Assembly (NCBI RefSeq): GCF_006345805.1
Contig: NC_043017.1
Coordinates: 14,942,001-15,006,000, forward strand
Origin: Octopus sinensis
Taxonomy: Eukaryota
Reading direction: 5' to 3'
Length of the DNA stretch: 64,000 bases
The notes below the pieces were generated by a model. That model was given only the letters and a program-made list of their open reading frames with translations. It was not told the origin of the DNA and did not search any database. Both the position numbers and the translations under genes were made by a program. Position 1 is the first letter of the stretch. The number at the start of each line of letters is the position of its first letter. Positions 13,450 to 24,548 of this stretch are shown here, in pieces.

Positions 13450-16299
13450 ACTAATCAATTATTTCCTTGGTCTTTCAAGAATGGCAAGCATGTCTCTGAA
13501 CTTGGAAAATTCCGAATCTAATTCTAAAAAAGCGAACATTTTCTCCGACATTCTAATAATCTTCTCACTCGTCCCCTATAAAGTCACCGATGTCGACCAT
13601 TGCAAGTGTTTGAAACGCGATTTTATGAAATTCAGAAGATTATAAAAGCCAAACTGATCTGCGTAGGATTTGAACTCAAAATTATTTTGTACCCCACTAA
13701 CATTTCTGCCCGTACAGCTCGTATAATCATCTGAGTGATTATAGGCGTGTATTTAATTTAGTCGTCGATAAGGAAGACTAGGACCTGGAAGACCGAACTA
13801 ACCTGATGTTATTACACAACTCAGTTTCGTATTGAGGTTCCTTCATTAGGGCCTGACCCTTCAGATATGTAGTCCCTCACATCCTTATTCCTTTCTAGCA
13901 ATCTTAATTTTGAAATAAGTATCAGCAAAACACTTGGCTTGTGTCAAGATGTTCTCGTCCTCTTCTCTGTCTCCATAACAACAGGTTTCTGTAGACAGAA
14001 GCAGGTTGTGCCAGCCGCGTGAGCAAAATATTGGCAGCGAGAAAGACAAAGCCAACTCAACGATCAGCAATTCAGTAATTTCTATGCCATATCAGATGCT
14101 TCATTTGTGCGCAGAGCCTTTCGTCAAACAATGTTTTCACTCATCAATATCGATCCACAATGCATAAAGAATCCATTCTCTCCCTCTCTCTCTCTCCCCT
14201 CTCTTTCTCTCTCCTCCTCTCTACTCATATCTCGCCTGCTCTCTCCACCTCCCTCTACTCTGCAGTTTAATATCATTATCTCACCCCCTCAGACAGGCCG
14301 TTGTATATGTCATTGATCGGCTTGAGTGTTGCATGGACCAGTTTATCTGATGGATCATCAGTTTATTGATAATATTTGGACTCTGCCTAATCCCGAGGAA
14401 TTACTTTCTCTCTATAGAAAACTGTTCGAAGAAGATTTATGCAGCAAAACAACTGCAATCAATAAAACCTGTAAAAATAAAAATAAAAAAAATAGTCGGA
14501 AAAGCTCTCCGATTGTCCGGCAACCGTCTTCACAGATGCACATGGTCAAGATTTCTCAGATTTTAAAAAAAGTTTATGAAGGTCAAGATATATAACTCAT
14601 CTGCATGAAGATCGAACAACTCATCTGGTACGTAAGATTTAAGAGATGGAATAACCCTTATAATTTATGGAAAGACCCGACTGATTAACGGAATATCTCA
14701 GAATGTGCTGCACATCTGTAAAAGGGAAATTTTCACTACAGAATTTTTTGCTGTACAACATCATTCTTGAACACACACACACACACACAAACGCGTGTAC
14801 AGAATAGAGTGATGGAGTACATCAAACTTTTAAATGAATCGTCCAATTCCCAGGCATTTTTCGATGCAGTTTCTTTGAATTCATTGTATTGTTAATTTAA
14901 TAAATTCAATTCATTTTTAATTTTGGTCAAATCATAATCCACCGTGACACTTTTCTAATATTTTCCCAAGAAATTACTTCCTCGGTCTTCATTAGCAAGA
15001 AATGTGATCACATGATCCTCATTCTGTACCATTTTGTACATTTCATCAAATCTTTCGAAAGAAATAACATTGTTTGCTTCGCGACTCTTTCCAAATTATG
15101 CCACAACCCATATATTAGTTATATAAACTGGCGAGTGGACTATGCCAACGTTTATTTGTAACACTATGGAGACGAACTCGTTAAAAGGATGTAATCAGGT
15201 GACGTTTATTTAATTAAGGAGTGACACCAATGAAATTGTTTTATCGGTATCAAGAAATTGAAGAAACGAAAAGAGTTTAGAATTTTGATGAATATTACAA
15301 ATACTATGTCGTTTAGTTCGGCGCCCCTGGTTCCTCCAAATAATCTAATAACAGAAGCCACAAATATCAAAATATAAGGTGTGTGTGCGTGCGTGCGTGT
15401 CTGTGGGTGTGTGTCAATATCATGATTTCTTTTGTATCAGATTGCATTCTTAGACAGAACATTTTTGTTACATTCGAGAATACAATAATTAAGTTAAAAC
15501 TTTGAAGAAATGTTATTGAGAAACGGTTGTGAAAAGTTTTATGGAGCAATCACAAGTTTTTTTTCTTTCCTTTTTCGTTTTTATAATTGCTGGAACAGCA
15601 GAAAACCTAGTTCTATAAAGTATGCAGGAAATTTGTAGGTTTTGACAGAAAACAGAATATTCAGAATAATAATGGATAGCAACAAAACTAAGATTTTTTA
15701 TAAAATTAAAGAAGTAACATATCTCACGCTATTACCACTCACTGTCACTCACACACACACCCTATGAATGCATATTTATGTGCATGTATATACATGTGTA
15801 TATGTATGCATGCGGTTGTCCTTTTTCACCGTTGATCAACACAATTGCAGACACTAACTTAAGCCCGTCTCCAGTTCCTGGAGTGTTTTTAGAAGCAAGT
15901 GCCTAACCTCAGTTACTCCTACCATCTTTTCACTCATGGATACGCCACGAAGAAAAGACAAATCATTACTTCCATAGCAACCAGGAAATCACAGGTTATC
16001 CCAGATATTGGTCAGGTATAACCGTCTCATGGTCTCTAGCCCTGGATTTTCTGTAGAGTTTACGCCCTTAGCCTTTATTAAATGCTCAATGAATTACCCA
16101 ATAAGACAACAGGAGCTTATTATAGTGGACATGGTTTTTGCAGAGCCTGATCCATTCCCTTGTCTTTCAGACATATATATGTATATATATATATGTATGT
16201 TCATATGTATATATATGTTCATATATATATATATGTATATGTATATATGTGTATATATATATATGTATGCGTGTGTATATACATGTGTGTGTATATGTG

Positions 16300-16428
16300 T
16301 GTATGAAGCCACCCTGCTGACTAAGCGAGCAGGCCAACAGCAGAAAGACTGAGAGAAAGTTGTGGCGAAAGGGTACAGCAGAGATCGTCACCACCCCTGT
16401 CGGAGCTTCGTGGAGGTTTAGGTGTTTT
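16300..16428 (-). mobile_element. SINE family D fragment truncated by the assembly gap
   Basis: Similar to 51615-51740 (GCGAGCAGGCCAACAG...TAGGTGTTTT); ends exactly at the N run. Confidence 0.8.
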
Positions 16429-16528
16429 NNNNNNNNNNNNNNNNNNNNNNNNNNNNNNNNNNNNNNNNNNNNNNNNNNNNNNNNNNNNNNNNNNNNNNNN
16501 NNNNNNNNNNNNNNNNNNNNNNNNNNNN
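16429..16528. other. Assembly gap (100 N)
   Basis: Run of exactly 100 N; adjacency across it is not established. Confidence 1.
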
Positions 16529-17165
16529 GATATATGTATATATGTATATATATATTATGTATGTACATAGACATTTGAAATGCAAAATCTTATTGAAATC
16601 ATATTGGACTAACATTTCTTGTATGACTTATGCAATAATGAAGCGGAGTTAACTATTTAACCGGTGCCGAGTACTTACCCCAACGCTATCCTCAATATCC
16701 TCTGAATCGGATAAAAAGGTGACGACATACTTATAGAATATCTCAACTTTTGTAGCTTTTGTAGATACCACTACACAGAAGAAAATCACCAGCACCAATA
16801 AAGAAGACAACGTCAAAACGGAGATTAAGATGATGGCACGGCATTAACAGTAGAGAACTTCAAATGTGTTTGTCCACAGCAATATTTTAGAGTCATTGAT
16901 TTTGCAGCATCCATTAAATTTTTCATTGCGAGATTATATTATTTTCAGCTACAACCTACTTGAAAGATTAGTAGCAGAAATAAATAGTGATTATTGGTAA
17001 CATTAGAAAACTGTTAAATTTGAAAGCTAAAACTATCGGCCAATTCCGTGAAATTTATTTGGCACGTGAGCATTCATTTCTTTACGTAATTTTCCGTAGA
17101 GATCCGACAGCTCTATAATGTGTGTGTATGTGTGCGTTTGTTTGCATGTATATACGTATGTATAC

Positions 17166-17196
<31 letters not shown>

Positions 17197-18455
17197 CAAA
17201 ATGAGAAAATGGAGAGATATACCTAAATCCTATCTCATTTTATATATATATATATAAATATCATTGTATGTGTATGTGTGTATAGTGAAAATTTACAAAA
17301 AAAAAACAGAAGACGAAGATGTATGTGTAAACAACAAACATGTATTAGTTTAACGCTCGGAAAGTGAGAAAGTATTTTATGTTTCGAGCCTACGCTCTTC
17401 CACAGAAGAAAGGAACACAGAAATAAATACAGGGAGAGAGAGAGAGAAAATAGAAAAAAGGTTTAGTGGCTAGCGATCTATCATGGTGAATGATATATAA
17501 GTAGGCAGTGTTTGTTGACCATCGGTAAATATTGATCAGGTAAAACTGTGATGGAGACATTCCAGTGTTGGTCATCTCGTCTTTTGGGTTTTGATACAGT
17601 GTATGTAACTTCACACTATCAAAACATAACATTCTCTACATCATTTCACGATAAAGTGTGAGATTCGGGGAGATATGGCTGCTATTTTTAGGAGGTCAAG
17701 CGAATGCATGGATTACTTGGCTATCTTTTGTCGCTTTCGGTAGAAATTACGAATTTGACGAGTTTTGGATAAACCTGATTGTCATGGTGATCGAACATAT
17801 TTGATGCATTGACTGTTTCACTGAAGGTCAACTTCTCATTTCGATCAGTATTGATTTTCATTATTTTCTGTCTATTGAACATCTATCGATAACCCCTTAT
17901 CATGTCTATTCATTCCATGATCTGCTTTGCGCTTCTTCGAATTAATCAAACAGTTCAATCAAACAACACCGAAAACCGATTCTCTGGATTCTGTTGTCTG
18001 ACGTTCTTAAAATCACCGTCTCTGCTAATTGCTGTAAATGAAATGAAACCAGAGAAAGGTAAAAATCAAAAACCAGAAACTGGAATAAATGTTCATAGCC
18101 AAAGGGAGAAGTGAACTTTATCGTGTCGCTTCAGATTTCAGCCAGAAAACTAATTTATTCGATTTTGTAGCTTTGTTTATGTTCGGTGTATTTGGTATTT
18201 GACTACGGCCATCATCACGGATTTCTTCCGAATCTATTTATTCACTGAGATCAAAAGCGCTTCATTATAATAAAAATATGGCGAGACGACTCATATGTTA
18301 CAGAGCAATAACAACCGCTACCATGATACAGTTTAGGATTTAAGTACACATTTATGGCAACCTTTATCGTGTCAAAGATCAAACTTACTCGTAAAGCAAT
18401 TACAACAAACACGTATATAAAATTATATACAGGGAAAACGACTTTTGTGCGTGTA

Positions 18456-18495
<40 letters not shown>

Positions 18496-19020
18496 GAAAT
18501 ATGTGTGTATGCGCATATATGTGTGTATGTATATATATATGTATATAGAAATATATATGTGCCTGAGTATGTTTGTGTTCGTGTGTGTATGTGTGTGTCT
18601 GTAAGAATAAACTTAACACACTGGAATAGGGATAGCACTAAACACACAGAACGCAGTGTTTGAGAAAGCGTCATACAAACGTCTGATAATGTTGAAAGCA
18701 TTGGCAGTCATCATTACTTTAGTTTCGTCTCAAAAGATGTTAAGGGAAACCTCCATCTGTACGCTTGTTCGTCTGTCTGTCTAGACTCATCCAAGAAACT
18801 TTAAGCCATTTGAAGCGGAGTCAAACTCCTATTTAAAATGTATGGGATTTCTACTAAATATGTTCAATGCCACTTTCTTTCATTCGTGTGCGTATGTCCA
18901 TAAAGTAGGTAGCAGAGAAAATTGTAATGGGGTAGAAAAGGATGAAGGAGTATGGTGGAGAAAATCGGAAATATTTGGAGCAACTCAATTTAAGATTTCA
19001 GAGAGAGGTTGAATTCAAAT

Positions 19021-19602
19021 AAATCGGAAATTTTGACCTGAAAGACGCACCTCGTTCTGGTCGTCCAATTGAGTTCGATGAAGAGTGATTAAACCAATTT
19101 TTGCACGAAAATTCTCGTCAAACGACAAGGGAACTGGCAGAGAAAATGGATGCTCCCATACTGCTAGAGAAAAGCATCTTCACTCTATGGGAAAAGTTCA
19201 GAAGTATGGAGCATGGGTTCTGCATGCTTTAAGTGACAACAACAAAAATCATCGAGCTACAATCTCCGCTGGTTTGATTGCTCGTCACCGCTCAACTCGT
19301 GGATACAAGCAGCGATTTCTTTACCGAATCGTTACTGGCGACGAACAATGGTGCCTGATAATATGAAGCAGCGCAAGGAATGGCTTAGACTGGTAAACAA
19401 GCGACACCGCGCGTGGAATAAGATCTTCATCCGCTTAAACGATGTTGTGCGAATGGTGGGACTGGGAAGGGATTACCCATTATGAATTGCTTGAATGGAA
19501 CGAAACGGTCAACGCGGAACTATGTTTAACAGATTGAACGACTCAACACGGCTATTCAAGAGAAAAGACCTAATCGGCAACATGGAGGTCTTCTGCTACA
19601 CG
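19021..19602 (+). mobile_element. Mariner transposase pseudogene (central part)
   Basis: Translates with frameshifts to NFDLKDAPRSGRPIEFDEE...YGAWVLHALS...RIVTGDEQW...WWDWEGITHYELL...RLNTAIQEKRP, the mariner WVPHEL and ITGDEKW motifs. Confidence 0.93.
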
Positions 19603-20400
19603 CTATTTTCTACATTTGTATAAATTTCGAAACCAACTTAAAAGCTCTGAAGCTATTTTGTCTAAATGTATCCAGAAGTATAAATCTGATTCGTCAAATG
19701 AGGAATAGTTTCTCTTTGCCATATCTATCTCCTATTCTTACAGTCTAAATGTAGTTTGCATTTCTGAATCACGTGAATTAACAATTTTCCAATCATGCAT
19801 TTCAGAAATGCCAATCTGAACTAGAGTCTTCCTGCTTGCTTAAATGGTTTAAATAGCACAAATATTTTAATTGGCTTATCCGATCAAAGTCAAATTAAGT
19901 CCATAAATATGAATGACTTCCGTTTCCACGCCATTTCTTGTCGACCAATAACAGTTCACCGGGAAGCTATTATCAGACGAGCATTACATTTTCTTTCACT
20001 TATTCTCACCCAAAAAAACCAATCGGATGAATCACAACATTTTCAACTCAACCGCCTAGATCGATGCACCAGCTTTTTACAATTAAATTCCCTTCCTTTT
20101 ATGCATTATTCCATTCCAGGCGTGACATCCAACTCCCTCCCTCTCTTTCTTTGTCGCACTCACTCTCCCTCTCACTCCCGCACTTCTCTCTCGATCACAC
20201 ACAAACGCTCACAACATTCTTTCTTTCTTTCCCTCTCTCACTCGCTTCCTCAAACATCAACTGACATTTCATCTGCTATAATTTAGCAAATGTTCCTCAT
20301 TATGGTAGAATAATTGAAATAAGGAAATTATATTAATTATGAATATATGTGTGTGAATGAGTGTGTGTGTATGCGGTTGTATATACACATGTAAGCATAA

Positions 20401-20462
<62 letters not shown>

Positions 20463-22199
20463 CATATATGTGTGAGTGTGTGTATGAGTGTGTATACACA
20501 TGTCTTACCTGAGGGAATAAACTTCGTCTTCGAGTTGTATAGGAAGAAAAATGGAAAATTAACTTACCTAAAAAGTAAAATAAAATAAATATTAGACAAA
20601 TAAAGAGAGAATATGCAGAGGAAAAGATACTGTTATACTTTATATTGTGTGTGTGTGTGTGTGTGTGTGATATATTTGTATATGTACACATTTGTGTATA
20701 TATGCGCATACATATATAAACGTGTATACATGTACATGCAAATATATACATACACACCTACACATATGGATATGTGTGTAAGTGTGCGTATGGACGATGT
20801 TGGCGATATACACACACACATATACATGTATGTGTGTTTGTGTATATGTACACACACATAGATACATACATAGATATGTATATATTTATTCATGCATACA
20901 TACATAGATAAATAAATACATAGGCACAGCAACTTAATGCCAACCATGTATTTCACTGAACGAAGTCAATAATTGATAGGAAGTTACTTCGTATGAATAT
21001 TCACAACACAAATAGAAACAATAATGTTAAGAGAGTTGTTAATTTTAATAATATCAATTATATTAATGTAGTTTTTATTGTTATAATTATAAGGGGGGGG
21101 TAATAGATGAGAAAATCGGTTGAATGCTAGAGAAACTATAGTGGGATATTTAGTGCGGACTGCAACATGTTTGTGAGGCGAACTTATGACCCCCACCAAA
21201 GCACATTCCCTTGATCTAATCAACTTTATTCGTTTCTCCATTTATTCGCATCTCCAACTGACTGAATGCAATACAGACACCATTTCAGAAATGTCCGCCT
21301 CGCTTCTTTCTATTCAGTTCAGGTCTTATTCAGAAGTGGTTGAACAACACACAGAGTACGTCAATGATTCAGCTTGTAAACATTCATTTGATCTCGGTTA
21401 AAGGTGGCTTTGATTTCAGTTGAATGTCTCCAGACATTGTCAAATGCTATTCCCTGTAGCAATAGACGTTCGTAAAATATCATCAACGCCACCAATTCTC
21501 CCCCTTGAGCGTTTCATTCACAATCGTTCTAATGTTTTAGACTCAATTTCAAAAGAAACCTCACACACAAATCTTCTTTTAACTGGTTGCAGTCATTGCA
21601 ATTTGGCTTTACATAATAGTCTTGCAACAAAGTGAATATGAAGATCGATCCCACTGTGCGGCAATGATTTGTGCCATGGTCTGGCAGTAAAACGGAATTG
21701 GGGGGTGGGCAGTGAATAGTTTTCACTGCATTGCAACCCTGACCCCAACGTGTCTATCCGACCAATTTGACCTGTCTAAAAAGCGACGACATGTCCTCGA
21801 AACTCCGGCGTTACAGACCACGGAGCCGGCTTTAATAAACTATCGCGTTCCACGTTTGTATTCAGTATTTCATCGACAAATATGTTTGTATTTATATGGG
21901 TATAGCGATAATAATAACCAATGGTTACAACTCAATGTAGTTACACTTTACAATAAACCGCCAGATCAATACAGAATTTTATATCAATTAATGAATGACA
22001 AAGCAACAGGAGATCGTTAATCTATTCCATTGGTTTACATTTGTGTCTTTTATAAGTAAGCCTGCACCTACCCAGAGCTGGGTGCTTATGCAACATCTTG
22101 GGGTTGTGTTGCAATCATTTAAACAAATCTTTTATGTAGATATATTTATCTACAATATATAAATGTAAAATTTTTTGCCGATTTATAACGGTTTCAAAG

Positions 22200-22560
22200 T
22201 TTGGCTCAGGGCCAGCAGATTTCGAGGGAAGGTGTTATGCCGATTATATTGACCCCAATACTTATTTCTCGACCCTGATAAGTAAAGTCGACCACGGCAG
22301 AATTTGAACATAGGGCGAAAGACGAACGAAATGCCACTAAGTACTTCTTTGTCCAGCATGCTAACGATTATTTTCTATTCCAGGCACAAGGTTCGAAACC
22401 CTGGGGTAGGGGCCAACCGATTAAATCGACACCAGTACGCAACTGGTACTTAATTTATCGACCCCCAAAAGGATGAAAGGCAAAGTCGACCTCGGCGGAA
22501 TTTGAACTCAGAACGTAACGGCAGACGAAATACCGCTAAGCATTTCGCCCGGCATGCTAA
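22200..22560 (-). mobile_element. Two adjacent SINE family A copies (about 22200-22369 and 22372-22560)
   Basis: GGATGAAAGGCAAAGTCGACCTCGGCGGAATTTGAACTCAGAACGTAACGGCAGACGAAATACC, the reverse complement of the family head and core. Confidence 0.85.
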
Positions 22561-22798
22561 TCCTAGGTCGGGTTATAAAAAAATCTTACATTAAACTGAA
22601 GATTTACTCAATACTTTTCTAGAGCACATATTTGTATTTATATTCTTTAACAAATAGAGTGGTGACAGTTACTTCGAAGATTCAGTCTGACAGCCTTCAT
22701 ATGAAGGATACGCTTCTTGTAAACGAGTATATATATATATATATATAACTAAATGAAAAATATATATATAGCTCCAGTTAACTCAGCTGCAGAAATGA

Positions 22799-22836
<38 letters not shown>

Positions 22837-22920
22837 CAACAATTGAGGGTAAAATTAATTAATTATTAATCAATTTCACCAAGTATTCAGTATGTAAAGG
22901 GACCATTTAAGGCGAATTCA

Positions 22921-23007
22921 AAATATTACATTTTATAAAGGGCTTAGTAAAATAAGTATGTGGCAAAGTAATTTATTTTACTAAGCCCTTTATAAAATGT
23001 AATATTT
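22921..23007. repeat. Perfect 35-bp inverted repeat with 17-nt loop
   Basis: 22921-22955 is the exact reverse complement of 22973-23007. Confidence 0.95.
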
Positions 23008-23013
23008 ATATAT

Positions 23014-23051
<38 letters not shown>

Positions 23052-23169
23052 GCAGAAATGCAAACCGTTTGGCAAGACTTGACAAGGGCATTTCATTTAG
23101 CTATATAATAGAAAGGTTTACATAGTCTCTAACAGCTACTATCAGATTATCCCAGCTATTGGAACAGTT

Positions 23170-23415
23170 GTTAAAGTAAAGTCCCACACTTCGGACATGA
23201 ATGACCATGGGATTGCACCTAGAAAGTTCCCCTCCAAGGCACAAGTCCGGGCAAAGTTGTTTATGGAAGGCCAGCATACCATCCTCCTCTCTTCACGCCA
23301 CCGATATTATCCAAGTGAAAAGCAAAGGCTGATACAGCTTGGCACCAGTGACGTTGCAACTCATTTCTGCAGCTGAGTTAACTGGAGTAACGTAAAATAA
23401 AGTGTCTTGCTCAAG
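23170..23415 (-). mobile_element. SINE fragment (family E) with conserved central core
   Basis: Contains CATTTCTGCAGCTGAGTTAACTGGAG...AAATAAAGTGTCTTGCTCAAG, reverse complement of a CTTGAGCAAGACACT core also seen in 33284-33528. Confidence 0.6.
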
Positions 23416-23627
23416 TCTTGTCAAACCGTTTGCCTTTTCGGTTCTGCTTTAATCTATTTCTACCGACTCAAGGGGAAGTCACTTCTAGCCGCTTTAGACA
23501 GGTAGTCATAAAACCACAGGTTCAACCGCTGTTCCAGCTGAAATTTTAGCGGAAAACCAATTGGGGCCAGGGCTCATCATACCTGTTAGTTTGAGTCACC
23601 CTGACGAAAACTGCTTGTATCTTTTAT

Positions 23628-23698
<71 letters not shown>

Positions 23699-23855
23699 TA
23701 CACGCGGGTGGGAAGGGGCTAGTGACACAATCTTTTCACTCACACTTTGAATTTAGTGATACTAGTTGCGGATTCTAGCTCGCTCTGATACTGAGTTGAG
23801 TTGGTGCCTTCTAGTATCTCAAAATTCAATATATAATCATTTATGATTATAGTAT

Positions 23856-23956
23856 TCTACGCTGAAGAGAAAAGAAGTTTTGGTAAAGTAGAATTATTTA
23901 ATATTTAATTCTTATGCTTTCCTAAAAACTTGATTTCGAAACGTACGTCCGTAGAT
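23856..23956 (+). ncRNA. Type I hammerhead ribozyme, canonical core, predicted GUC cleavage after 23950
   Basis: Stem I TCTACG/CGTAGA; CTGAAGA 23862-23868; 70-nt imperfect stem II closed by G-C; GAAA 23939-23942; helix III AC-GTAC-GT (palindrome ACGTACGT); C17. Confidence 0.88.
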
Positions 23957-24448
23957 AACTTAAAATTGTATGATAGATTGCCGTCAATTCATTCTCTCTT
24001 ACCTGTTCGTGTCTGCCTTCCAATTGCTGTTTTTACTGAGATCTCCCTTTTTAGTAGAAGAAATAGCTATAACTCTTTGACTGCTATTTCTAAATTCGGT
24101 ATGTGGTAAGGCAATTCGTTGCTAAACCCTTTATTGCTTAGTATTACTTAAATTTTCCTCGAATGAGGCTTTTACATGCCGAAGACTACTTGGTGTAATT
24201 GATAATTATTCCAAATTAATTAATTTCACCCTTCATTATTACGGATAACCATATTTTATCTCAGTAGATGACCACAGCATCTTGTTTTGGCTACACGCGG
24301 GTGGGAAGGGGCTGGTGACACAATCTTTTCACTCACACTTTGAATTTAGTGATACTAGTTGCGGATTCTAGCTCGCTCTGATACTGAGTTGAGTTGGTGC
24401 CTTCTAGTATCTCAAAATTCAATATATAATCATTTATGATTATAGTAT

Positions 24449-24548
24449 TCTACGCTGAAGAGAAAAGAAGTCTTGGTAAAGTAGAATTATTTAATATTTA
24501 ATTCTTATGCTTTCCTAAAAACTTGATTTCGAAACGTACGTCCGTAGA
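24449..24548 (+). ncRNA. Type I hammerhead ribozyme, second tandem copy, predicted cleavage after 24542
   Basis: Same elements as 23856-23956; CTGAAGA 24455-24461, GAAACGTACGTC 24531-24542. Confidence 0.88.

Noticed and set aside
13800-13860. Minus-strand CTAATGA...GAAAC
   Set aside because: G5A core change and no proper stem II or stem I.
14326-14595. 89-aa plus-strand ORF
   Set aside because: No recognisable domain, and no support for exon boundaries.
21186-21726. Several short ORFs and a stop-interrupted minus frame that looks vaguely protein-like
   Set aside because: Too many stops and no recognisable motif; would need BLASTx.
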